Source: Clostridia bacterium (GTDB taxonomy: Bacteria; Bacillota; Clostridia; Oscillospirales; QAMX01). From it: 64,000 nt of DNA. Where the stretch lies: assembly GCA_017414715.1 (NCBI GenBank), contig JAFQKV010000100.1, positions 565 through 64,564 on the forward strand, given 5' to 3'. Positions 54,700 to 64,000 of the stretch are shown piece by piece (the stretch's first letter is position 1; the number at the start of each line of letters is the position of its first letter). The notes under the pieces were generated by a model that saw only the letters and a list, made by a program, of their open reading frames with translations, was not told where the DNA came from and searched no databases. The position numbers and the translations under genes are program-made.

Positions 54700-54799
54700 G
54701 GATCTATACCTTCCTTTTCAGATATTTTACGCGGTACACAGATACGTTTATTATATGCGCTTTCCCCCGAAATTGCAAGAGCGGCGGGGCTTTTCTTCC

Positions 54800-54835
54800 A
54801 AAAAACCTGCCTCCCCGAAATCAGGGAGACAGGTT
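54800..54835 (-). terminator. Terminator after the lipoprotein array
   Basis: Minus strand aacctgtctccc-tgatttc-ggggaggcaggtt followed by TTTTGG. Confidence 0.6.
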
Positions 54836-54841
54836 TTTCCT

Positions 54842-55885
54842 TTACCGTAGTTTTGCCGTGACGTTTTTCTTCTCTCCGTCGCGCATATACACAAGAGAGA
54901 TTTCTCCCTCAGCGGATATCTCAAAGGATTCCGGCAGGAGGGTCAACACGAAATCGGGATATTCTCCCGGGATGGTGACCGGCGCGTCGGAGCCAAAAAT
55001 ATCTGCCGCCTGCAGAACGGGCTTCCCCTCAACAGCTATAAAGAGATAGGCGCTGCGTCCCGCCCTTACCGTGACATTCTGCCAGCGGGAAACCTCGCCC
55101 GCTGCAAGATCATAATACCGCTCATAAGTTGCGCCGACGGTGCCGAGTCCGTAACGGACGACCAGCAGATCACCGTCCTTTTCAATACCAAGATACCGTG
55201 AGGCGGAATTCCAGCTGTCCTCCAGCACCTTTCCTGCATTGTCCCGGATGTAGAAATGCACGAATTTCTGATCTTCCGTCATTTCCACGCGATAGTTTTC
55301 TTCATCCGCCAGCACGGTCAGGTTTTCGGTATTCGTCGGGATCCATTCCGGGAAGGCAAGGCTCTGCCGCTCTTTGATAAAGCCTTCCACTTCCTCCCGG
55401 CTCGCCGCGCTGCCTTTCAGGCGGTATATATTCTCAATTCCATGGCAGTAGGCAAGCTCGGTTTTCTGAATCCTGCCCTCCACGAAGTCGATTTTTGAAT
55501 ACCAGCTTTCGGCGGCGCTGTCACTGGCGCAAAAAGATCCGTCGGCGCGGATATCATTCATTTGCCGTATGGAAAAGAGCCATGCTCGAACCTCATCCTC
55601 CTCATCACGAAGCATGACGATACCATACTCCGTATCGGCTTTGGCGACAAGGCTAACGAGCAGCTCATCCGTACCGTCGCCGTCCATATCGATAAAGGTG
55701 TACGCCGTCATCTCCGAATCCGGCACCAGTTCGGAAACCGGCTGGAATATCCCGTCCTCGGTGATGCATTCCAGCTCTCCCCGCAGCACGGCATTCAACC
55801 GGTCTTCCGGGGTTTCGGATGGAGAACACCCGGCAAAAAGAAAGGTGACCAGGCAGCAGAGACAAAGGGAAAGAACACTTTTCAC
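54842..55885 (-). CDS. Lipoprotein of unknown function (array member 5)
   Basis: MKSVLSLCLCCLVTFLFAGCSP lipobox. Contains FIDMDGDGTDELLV (DxDxDG-type loop). Confidence 0.7.
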   Translation of the reverse strand: MKSVLSLCLCCLVTFLFAGCSPSETPEDRLNAVLRGELECITEDGIFQPVSELVPDSEMTAYTFIDMDGDGTDELLVSLVAKADTEYGIVMLRDEEDEVRAWLFSIRQMNDIRADGSFCASDSAAESWYSKIDFVEGRIQKTELAYCHGIENIYRLKGSAASREEVEGFIKERQSLAFPEWIPTNTENLTVLADEENYRVEMTEDQKFVHFYIRDNAGKVLEDSWNSASRYLGIEKDGDLLVVRYGLGTVGATYERYYDLAAGEVSRWQNVTVRAGRSAYLFIAVEGKPVLQAADIFGSDAPVTIPGEYPDFVLTLLPESFEISAEGEISLVYMRDGEKKNVTAKLR

Positions 55886-55914
55886 GGATAGGCTCCTTTC
55901 TTATCTTTTGTTGA

Positions 55915-56736
55915 TTATTTGCGGCCTTCATCCATTTTTCCGAGCAGATCGAGGGAGTATACCTTTTCCGTACCCACTGCAATCCAGTCCCAGAGGGCCT
56001 GCATATCGTATTCCTCTGCGCTTACAAAAACGTAGCGCAGGTCGGCAGCGGAGCTGACAAAGGACTGGTAGGGCTTTCCCTCCATGGCAATAAACTCCTG
56101 GGTTTCGGTTTGCGGCTCTCCCACATCCCGGGCAGGCTGTACTTTTTTGTTGGATACAAAGCGAAAGCCCGTTTTGACGCTTTGCAGGGTGACCTCTCCG
56201 CTTTCCGGATTATTGGTGTCAAAGGTATATCTGACCACATAGGTTCCGTCCCGCAGCCGTTCGCCGGAGGTAACGCATACCGGCTCATAGCCCATGTCCC
56301 CGTGCATCAGGTAATAGGCATCGTATTTTTCGATGTAGTGCATTTCTTTGCGGAGTTTTTCTTCTATTCTCCTCCGGGAAATGCCAAATCTTTCCCGGAG
56401 AACCTGATCCACCTCCGCGCCGGGCAGCTTTCGCGGGTTGTTGTAGTAGGCATCCCAGCCGGTGGCGGCAAGCACATCCGCCTCCTCTTCCTTGCTCCAG
56501 CTCTCGGTTCCGTATGTGCCGATCCCTGCACCGTCGTAGAAAAACCAGTAGTAGCTGACCTCCTCGGGCGATTCAAAATAGATTCCGACAAATCCGTTAT
56601 ACTCTGCCGAATTCAAGGTGTTTTCGATCTCCGACAGTTCTTCCGCAGAAAGCGTCCCGGCTTCGGCGCAGCCGGAAAGGGCAAAGATGCAGAGCAGAAG
56701 CGCGATAAAGAGGACAAGAGAGAGAAGTTTTTTCAT
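55915..56736 (-). CDS. Lipoprotein of unknown function (array member 4)
   Basis: MKKLLSLVLFIALLLCIFALSGCAE lipobox. Confidence 0.7.
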   Translation of the reverse strand: MKKLLSLVLFIALLLCIFALSGCAEAGTLSAEELSEIENTLNSAEYNGFVGIYFESPEEVSYYWFFYDGAGIGTYGTESWSKEEEADVLAATGWDAYYNNPRKLPGAEVDQVLRERFGISRRRIEEKLRKEMHYIEKYDAYYLMHGDMGYEPVCVTSGERLRDGTYVVRYTFDTNNPESGEVTLQSVKTGFRFVSNKKVQPARDVGEPQTETQEFIAMEGKPYQSFVSSAADLRYVFVSAEEYDMQALWDWIAVGTEKVYSLDLLGKMDEGRK

Positions 56737-56770
56737 TGTGAAACGATCTCCTTTCCGCCGTCTTTACCTT

Positions 56771-57550
56771 TCATTCTGCACGATCCAGATGCTCGTACCA
56801 AAAGGCGAGGGAAGCATCCCACTCCGCATGACCGATGCGCCAAAAATCATTTTCCGCAAAGAATCTTTCCGCATCTGCATGGTCTCTGTCCGGCGCACCG
56901 TCCTTTGCCGGAATCTCCGCAGTTTCTTCCGAAAGCAGTCTCGGAACCGGTGCTGCAGACGGATACGACTGATAACTGTAGATCCCTTCGGTAAAACGGT
57001 AATTCCCGTTTTCCGCCGGCTGCCATCGCACGTCACGCTGGAGCTCAAAACGGGCGAAGTCTTTGGAATAGCGATAGATACCGTATGTTCCCTCGCTCCC
57101 GCTCTCCCAACCGGAAAGAATCCGTTCGGTTGCTGCGTCCGTAATGGGATTTACAATGGATTCAAAGGTTTCACAGTAGACAAAGTTTCCTTTAATGCCA
57201 TCCCAAAGGTATGCGGTGAATGTGACTCCCTGTTCTGTCTTGCTTTTGGGAAGAAGGATATCCTTCTCACCGTCAAAATTCACGTCGTAAAAAAGGACGG
57301 CATCCTTCGTAAACCGGGTGTTTTCTCCCGGATAGATATACATCAGCTCCCATACGGGATCTTCGCCAACCACCTGAAGGATCTTTGCCTTGCGTGCATC
57401 GGCCCCCTCATATGTCACCGTAACGCACAGCTTCGGCCAGGCGGAATTTTCGGTGCATACCACCGTCTCGGCGTGTTCAGGCGCGCTGCAGCCGCAAAGG
57501 AGGGCTGCGCAAAGAATACCTGCAAACAACACGCTGCTCGCTTTTTTCAT
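56771..57550 (-). CDS. Lipoprotein of unknown function (array member 3)
   Basis: MKKASSVLFAGILCAALLCGCSA lipobox. Contains YDVNFDGEKDILL (DxNxDG-type loop). Confidence 0.7.
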   Translation of the reverse strand: MKKASSVLFAGILCAALLCGCSAPEHAETVVCTENSAWPKLCVTVTYEGADARKAKILQVVGEDPVWELMYIYPGENTRFTKDAVLFYDVNFDGEKDILLPKSKTEQGVTFTAYLWDGIKGNFVYCETFESIVNPITDAATERILSGWESGSEGTYGIYRYSKDFARFELQRDVRWQPAENGNYRFTEGIYSYQSYPSAAPVPRLLSEETAEIPAKDGAPDRDHADAERFFAENDFWRIGHAEWDASLAFWYEHLDRAE

Positions 57551-57565
57551 GCGTATTTCCTCCTT

Positions 57566-58297
57566 CTATCCCCGCTCAATGTAAGCAATGCCGATATGCT
57601 CTCCGTCCCGGAACACCAGGGTATCCTCACAGATAAACAGCCGTTCGGTATAAATATCATAATTCACGGGCAGGCAGGCCGGGATGATGATGTTTCCCTC
57701 TGCATCTGCGATACCGAGAAGCTTATCGTTTCCTCCCGGAAGATTTGCCGGCACGGTGTAGGCCGCAAGCCCCTCCCAGACGATACCCATGAGAAGATCT
57801 GCATCCTCTCCGGAGTGTTCCACCTCCTTTGGCAGCGGTGCCCGCTGCTCATCATCGTTACCGAGATTTCTTTTATGGAACTCCTCCCACGGGATCTGTG
57901 TCTCATTTCCTTCGATATCCACCCGGACATAGGTTCCGGAGAAGGTGTAGGCGTAGAAATAACCGTCATCCTGCCGATCGGTTATCGCCTGGTAGGGCCG
58001 ATGGAAAACGCGGTTTCCCTGCCGGTCCATCGCGTTCAGGATAAAGCCGCTGATATTCCAGTACTCATTGCCGTATTCTCCGCCGTTGTCCTCAAAGACA
58101 ATGTAGCCGTTGCTGCATTTCAGCGACCCGTATTCCTGTGCGGGATACTCCAGCGGACCGTCATAGCGAAGCGTAATTTTCATGCCGTTATATTCACCGG
58201 TGGCTACGATGCCCTGCTTTTTGGAGGCACACCCCGGCAGCAGCAGACAGGTGCAAAGCGTCGCCGCAAGCAAAACCGCAGCAATACATTTTTTCAT
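57566..58297 (-). CDS. Lipoprotein, WG-repeat-like (array member 2)
   Basis: MKKCIAAVLLAATLCTCLLLPGCAS lipobox. GIADAEGNIIIP-type units. Confidence 0.65.
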   Translation of the reverse strand: MKKCIAAVLLAATLCTCLLLPGCASKKQGIVATGEYNGMKITLRYDGPLEYPAQEYGSLKCSNGYIVFEDNGGEYGNEYWNISGFILNAMDRQGNRVFHRPYQAITDRQDDGYFYAYTFSGTYVRVDIEGNETQIPWEEFHKRNLGNDDEQRAPLPKEVEHSGEDADLLMGIVWEGLAAYTVPANLPGGNDKLLGIADAEGNIIIPACLPVNYDIYTERLFICEDTLVFRDGEHIGIAYIERG

Positions 58298-58320
58298 ATT
58301 CGTTCTCCCCCCGTTCTTCC

Positions 58321-58992
58321 TCAGTCAAAGGTAAGGGTGAGGATGGCGATGTAGCCGCCGTCGTTGAAAACGATCTTATCCTCGTTGATATGCAAATCTC
58401 CCATGTCACTGCAGAAGGGTACACAGGGAAAGATAGCATATTCGTTCTGCGTCTTGATGCCGAGATGTGCATCGTTTTTTTCTTCAGAGGTTTTCTCCCG
58501 CACGTAGACGGAAAATCCGTCCTCCAGAGTGCCCGCATAGCCCCTCCAGATATACTGCGTATCCCTTTTCTTTAGTCGCAGGTCTGAGGCCAGCAAATTA
58601 TAATCCGCAAAGCACCAGGTTGTGCAGCGGGTCATATTCCCGCGGGAATCCACCTCATAGCACTCCCCCGTCTCCGTGCGGATCCCGGCATAGCCAAGAT
58701 GATTGAAAAGGGTAAGCTCCGCAACCCCCTCTTCCAGCAGCCGGTTTCCTTCGGCATCGATGGCATTCCAGCGCGCGCCGTCGGTGCCGGCCTCGGGATA
58801 GCGGGCAAAGCCCTGCTCAAAGAGAATGTCCGGTTTCCCCTCCGGATATGGGATATCGGTAGTAACGGTATGCGTCAGGGTAACCAAGCGGTTTTTTCCG
58901 TATTCTCCCGTCCAGGAGGGACGCTGCTCTTCGCAGCCGCAGAGACCGAGCAGAAGCAGCAGACAGAGCGCACAGAACAGAAGTCTTTTCAT
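58321..58992 (-). CDS. Lipoprotein, WG-repeat-like (array member 1)
   Basis: Start trimmed to MKRLLFCALCLLLLLGLCGCEE (RBS AAAGGGGA). NAIDAEGNRLLEE-type unit. Confidence 0.65.
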   Translation of the reverse strand: MKRLLFCALCLLLLLGLCGCEEQRPSWTGEYGKNRLVTLTHTVTTDIPYPEGKPDILFEQGFARYPEAGTDGARWNAIDAEGNRLLEEGVAELTLFNHLGYAGIRTETGECYEVDSRGNMTRCTTWCFADYNLLASDLRLKKRDTQYIWRGYAGTLEDGFSVYVREKTSEEKNDAHLGIKTQNEYAIFPCVPFCSDMGDLHINEDKIVFNDGGYIAILTLTFD

Positions 58993-59066
58993 TTTTACAA
59001 TATCCCCTTTCGCCATATTTCGAAATATATACCTTTAGAAACAGATGATATTTCCATAAAAAGCTA

Positions 59067-59095
59067 TTGTATTTCTAATTAGTGGATGGTATAAT
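59067..59095 (+). promoter_or_regulatory. Candidate distal promoter TTGTAT-17-TATAAT
   Basis: ttgtat 59067-59072, tataat 59090-59095. Would give a ~290-nt leader for the GS gene. Uncertain. Confidence 0.3.
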
Positions 59096-59280
59096 CGTTT
59101 CAAAGAAAACGCACTTCGGCCTTTTGTAAAAGTATACTTTATAATTATATTATACGATACGGCAACGCCGCTTTACAAGTGGTTTTCCGGGGTGCCGGAA
59201 AGAAAGTTTTCAAGGCGAATGCGCCGGTCTCCGGCTGCGTTTTCCGTAGTGCTTCGGCACGCAATTTTCGCCCCAATTCG

Positions 59281-59309
59281 TTGACTTTTCCCATTATCCG
59301 CAGTATAAT
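59281..59309 (+). promoter_or_regulatory. Sigma-A promoter TTGACT-17-TATAAT for the glutamine synthetase gene
   Basis: ttgact 59281-59286, tataat 59304-59309, 80 nt upstream of ATG 59390. Confidence 0.6.
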
Positions 59310-59389
59310 GTAAAGTCAGGAAGAGGATGTTCTATTTCATAACGATCCTTTCCCCTATTCAAATCTCAAAGACAGGAGAAATCAAACCG

Positions 59390-61483
<2,094 letters not shown>

Positions 61484-61491
61484 ATCAACAT

Positions 61492-61523
61492 AAAAAAGAA
61501 GCCCGGCCGGGCTTCTTTTTTTT
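61492..61523. terminator. Bidirectional terminator between the GS gene and the GDSL hydrolase gene
   Basis: aaaaaagaagcccgg/ccgggcttcttttttttt; perfect palindrome flanked by A- and T-runs. Confidence 0.85.
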
Positions 61524-61528
61524 ACTCT

Positions 61529-62305
61529 TTATTTCAGTTCCGTTCCGATAAAACCGATACGCCGGAAGGCTTCGGGATTGTGGCGGACGATATAATCGAT
61601 ATACGAATCCACCATCCGGGCGGTGAGGATATAGCCGCTGGCATTCATATGGCCGTAGAGATAGAACTTTTCCTTAAACGCCGCATCGTAAACGGGGGCG
61701 TACTCGAAGAGGTCAATGCACCAGCAGTTATCAAAGAGGGCCGCAATATCCCGGATGAGCTGCGCAAATTTTCCCTTGGTTTCGTCCATGGGACCGCCGC
61801 CGCGGGGCATGTTCAGCAGGAAGAAATGTGCATCCGGCTGGATCTCCTTATAGCGGCTGATGATGGCACCGTACCAGCCTGCAAAGGTATCGGCATTTTT
61901 GTGCCAGTCCTCCTTGCAGATATCCGCCGTTGTGCCCATTTCCTGCTTATAGTTGAAAACGTCGTTGACGCCGAGAGCAATGACGTAGCCCTGCGCCGCA
62001 ACCTCCGGCCGCCAGAAGCGGTTTGCATCGGCAAATTTCTGGATATACTCCTTGGCGGTCATGCCGCCCTTGGAGAAATTATAGGCTCGAAGACCGCAGT
62101 TCCGGGCGATATACTGCCCCCAGGAATATTCAAAATAGTCATGAAAACCGGGAGTTCCCTCATGCCCGCGGGACTCAAACTCACCGGAGGAAAGGCTGTC
62201 GCCCACAAAGGCCAGCGTGCGGAATACAGACGTATGGCTGTAGCCCTCCACCAGACGGTCCAGCGGTTTTTCGGTTTCGTTAAAGAGTTCGGTTTTCCAG
62301 TCCAT
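61529..62305 (-). CDS. SGNH/GDSL-family hydrolase
   Basis: Block I AFVGDSLSSGE, block II NFSKGGMTA, block III ALGVNDV. Confidence 0.8.
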   Translation of the reverse strand: MDWKTELFNETEKPLDRLVEGYSHTSVFRTLAFVGDSLSSGEFESRGHEGTPGFHDYFEYSWGQYIARNCGLRAYNFSKGGMTAKEYIQKFADANRFWRPEVAAQGYVIALGVNDVFNYKQEMGTTADICKEDWHKNADTFAGWYGAIISRYKEIQPDAHFFLLNMPRGGGPMDETKGKFAQLIRDIAALFDNCWCIDLFEYAPVYDAAFKEKFYLYGHMNASGYILTARMVDSYIDYIVRHNPEAFRRIGFIGTELK

Positions 62306-62384
62306 ATTTTCGCGCTCCTTTACTGTTTTATATGCTATAAGTATAGACTACCCACGGTCGGATTGCAAGCCTCTCTGCAGCAAA

Positions 62385-63626
62385 TCACGGCTCCAGCCCA
62401 CAGGACCTGCGGCTGCGGCGGATATAAAGATAGAGGGGGATCGCGGCCAAGGGGAAAAGCATACCCACCAGCATACCGCATTTCATACCGAGCTGTTCTT
62501 CCGTAACACCGATGCTTGCGGCAAAGCCCTCCGCTCCGGGCAGGGCAATGACAGCATCGGTAACGATACCCACCAGCTGCGGGCCTACAGAGGCTCCAAG
62601 ATCGCCGCCGGCGGCCATCATGGCATACATAAACACACCGCCCGTGGGTATGCGGTCTGCCGCGACGATAAGGCTTCCCGGCCACATCATGGAAGTGCAG
62701 AGACCGGTCAGTGCGCAGGCAAGCAGGCCGATAACGGGAATATCGCACAGGGCGGCTAGGCCGTAGCACACCGCAGCACCCACAGCACCGAGGGACAGTA
62801 CCCGACCGATGCGGCGGCCGGAACTTGCATACAGGGAACGCCCGGTGCCAAGCATGACGGAGAAGAGAGCAACGCCGAAAATATCACCCCAAAGCTTCGG
62901 CACACCCACGGCCTTTTCCAGATATCCGGAGCACCACTGGGCCATGGTACATTCCGCTGCACCGCCAAGGAAGATAGCGGCGACACACATCCAGAGTCCC
63001 CGATCCTTCAGGAAGTTGAACACCTGACCTACCCGCTCCGGAGCAGCCATTTCCGGCAGCTCGCAGCCCGCATACAGCAGGGCAGCGGCCAGGGGAACGA
63101 GCATAAAGATCAGCGCGAGGACATGCCAGCTCCGCGCACCGAAGATACGCAGGAAAACGGTAGAAAACAAGACGACACCCACCACGCCCCAGGCATAAAC
63201 CGAGTGGAGCTTGCTCATCTCACGATCGGGATCCTTTGCGGGAATGGCAGCGATGACGGGGCTGATCAGCACCTCCGCAAGTCCGCCGGACACGGAGAAG
63301 ATCAGAGTTCCCACCACAAGGCCCACATACACCGAGTCCGGCAGAAGCAGCGGCCATACCGCATATACAAAAAGGCCGGCAAGGGTGAGCACCGGGATCA
63401 GCTTGACCGTGCGCGCAATGTTGAACTTATGGGAGAAGAAGGAAAAAATCAGATCAATGACGAGCTGGGATGAAAAATTGACCAGCACCAGCAGTCCCAA
63501 CAGCGAGTAGGATATGTCATACAGGGTTCGGAAGGTGAGAAACAGTACCGGGGAGATATTCGCCACCACGGACATGGCAATATTTGTCATATAGCAGGCC
63601 GTTTTGACCCGCGCATAGCTCTTCAT
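62385..63626 (-). CDS. MFS transporter
   Basis: 413 aa, ~12 hydrophobic segments by eye in a two-halves organisation. Confidence 0.7.
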   Translation of the reverse strand: MKSYARVKTACYMTNIAMSVVANISPVLFLTFRTLYDISYSLLGLLVLVNFSSQLVIDLIFSFFSHKFNIARTVKLIPVLTLAGLFVYAVWPLLLPDSVYVGLVVGTLIFSVSGGLAEVLISPVIAAIPAKDPDREMSKLHSVYAWGVVGVVLFSTVFLRIFGARSWHVLALIFMLVPLAAALLYAGCELPEMAAPERVGQVFNFLKDRGLWMCVAAIFLGGAAECTMAQWCSGYLEKAVGVPKLWGDIFGVALFSVMLGTGRSLYASSGRRIGRVLSLGAVGAAVCYGLAALCDIPVIGLLACALTGLCTSMMWPGSLIVAADRIPTGGVFMYAMMAAGGDLGASVGPQLVGIVTDAVIALPGAEGFAASIGVTEEQLGMKCGMLVGMLFPLAAIPLYLYIRRSRRSCGLEP

Positions 63627-63714
63627 TTTCGAAACACACCGCCTTAGTTTTCAAGCTGTTCCGAATTATAACACAGTTTTCTGTAAATTCCTACCTGTAT
63701 CCCACAAAAATCGC

Positions 63715-64000
63715 TCAAACATACATCTGTCCCGGCAGGATGACATCGTGAGATGTGGCACCGGGCACTTTTTCCATTCCGAGCAGAGCGGCGGGAGCCA
63801 CCGCCCATTTCCCGAAGCGAGAGCGTACCCCTTCCACCGCCGCACCGATGGTCTCATCCCTGCAGAGCTGCTCCTCCGCCGGGCCGAGCAGGCATTGACG
63901 GCTCTCTTCGGCGGACGAAAGTCGGATTGCCCGCACTGTCAGCGCCCGTACAGGCCGCCGCCAGCCGTAATTTTCCCGAAAAAGCTCCAATGCCGCCTCA
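63715..64000 (-). CDS. dinB: DNA polymerase IV (DinB/Y-family), C-terminal little-finger fragment; the 5' end is off the right edge
   Basis: The frame stays open to the window edge. ..RRPVRALTVRAIRL..EEQLCL-like EQLC..AVEGVRSRFGKWAVAPAALL matches the Pol IV C-terminal pattern (irllgv..L..Q..lf....D.i..rfG...i..a.ll). Confidence 0.55.
   Translation of the reverse strand, partial: EAALELFRENYGWRRPVRALTVRAIRLSSAEESRQCLLGPAEEQLCRDETIGAAVEGVRSRFGKWAVAPAALLGMEKVPGATSHDVILPGQMYV

Noticed and set aside
59127-59145. GlnR/TnrA box (TGTNA-N7-TNACA) or glutamine riboswitch upstream of the GS-III gene
   Set aside because: tgtaaaagtatacttta has the left half only and no TNACA right half. I found no match to the glnA-RNA E-loop/pseudoknot consensus.

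Overview
This is a GC-rich chromosomal segment. My hand counts on single 60-nt lines give about 60-63% GC. It looks like an endospore-lineage Clostridia-type Firmicute, possibly Oscillospiraceae/Ruminococcaceae-like, but I cannot verify that here. All protein calls come from my own reading of the supplied translations and recognition of family motifs. No database search was run.

The content is mostly core genes:
- ileS (runs off the left edge) with an Ile T-box leader.
- A minus-strand dcw cluster, mraZ-rsmH-ftsL-PBP(spoVD/ftsI)-murE-murF-mraY-ftsW/spoVE-murG-murA-ftsQ-ftsZ. Upstream of it I can read a promoter, a triple-repeat MraZ operator and a LexA-box-like palindrome.
- deoC, a TetR regulator and a DUF4091 protein.
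- spo0A divergent from a SpoVB-like flippase, then a small SDR/DUF3842/DUF2500 operon.
- A 2423-aa cyclic beta-1,2-glucan synthase-like giant gene.
- The ylxM-ffh-rpsP-KH-rimM-trmD-HIT operon.
- Two ABC exporter genes next to a LytTR regulator and a sensor-less kinase.
- A DUF4349 lipoprotein and a DUF951/TIM-barrel/FAD-oxidoreductase operon.
- An S1-domain protein, a family-4 UDG and a displaced murD.
- A SIS isomerase and a DHS-like gene behind the spoIIAA-spoIIAB-sigF operon.
- A run of lipoprotein genes, type III glutamine synthetase, a GDSL hydrolase, an MFS transporter and the 3' end of dinB.

The items most worth a second look:
1. A single in-frame TAG splits the dcw-cluster SEDS gene (ftsW/spoVE).
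2. An AT-rich block of about 1.1 kb carries an APH-fold kinase between murD and the SIS gene. It is bracketed by two nested sets of inverted repeats.
3. A family of compound palindromic intergenic repeats occurs at two convergent gene junctions.
4. The Cgs-like giant gene sits in a monoderm.
5. The five-gene lipoprotein array.

I saw no CRISPR array, rRNA, tRNA, transposase or integrase. Many long ORFs in the track are antisense shadow ORFs typical of GC-rich DNA, and I rejected them.
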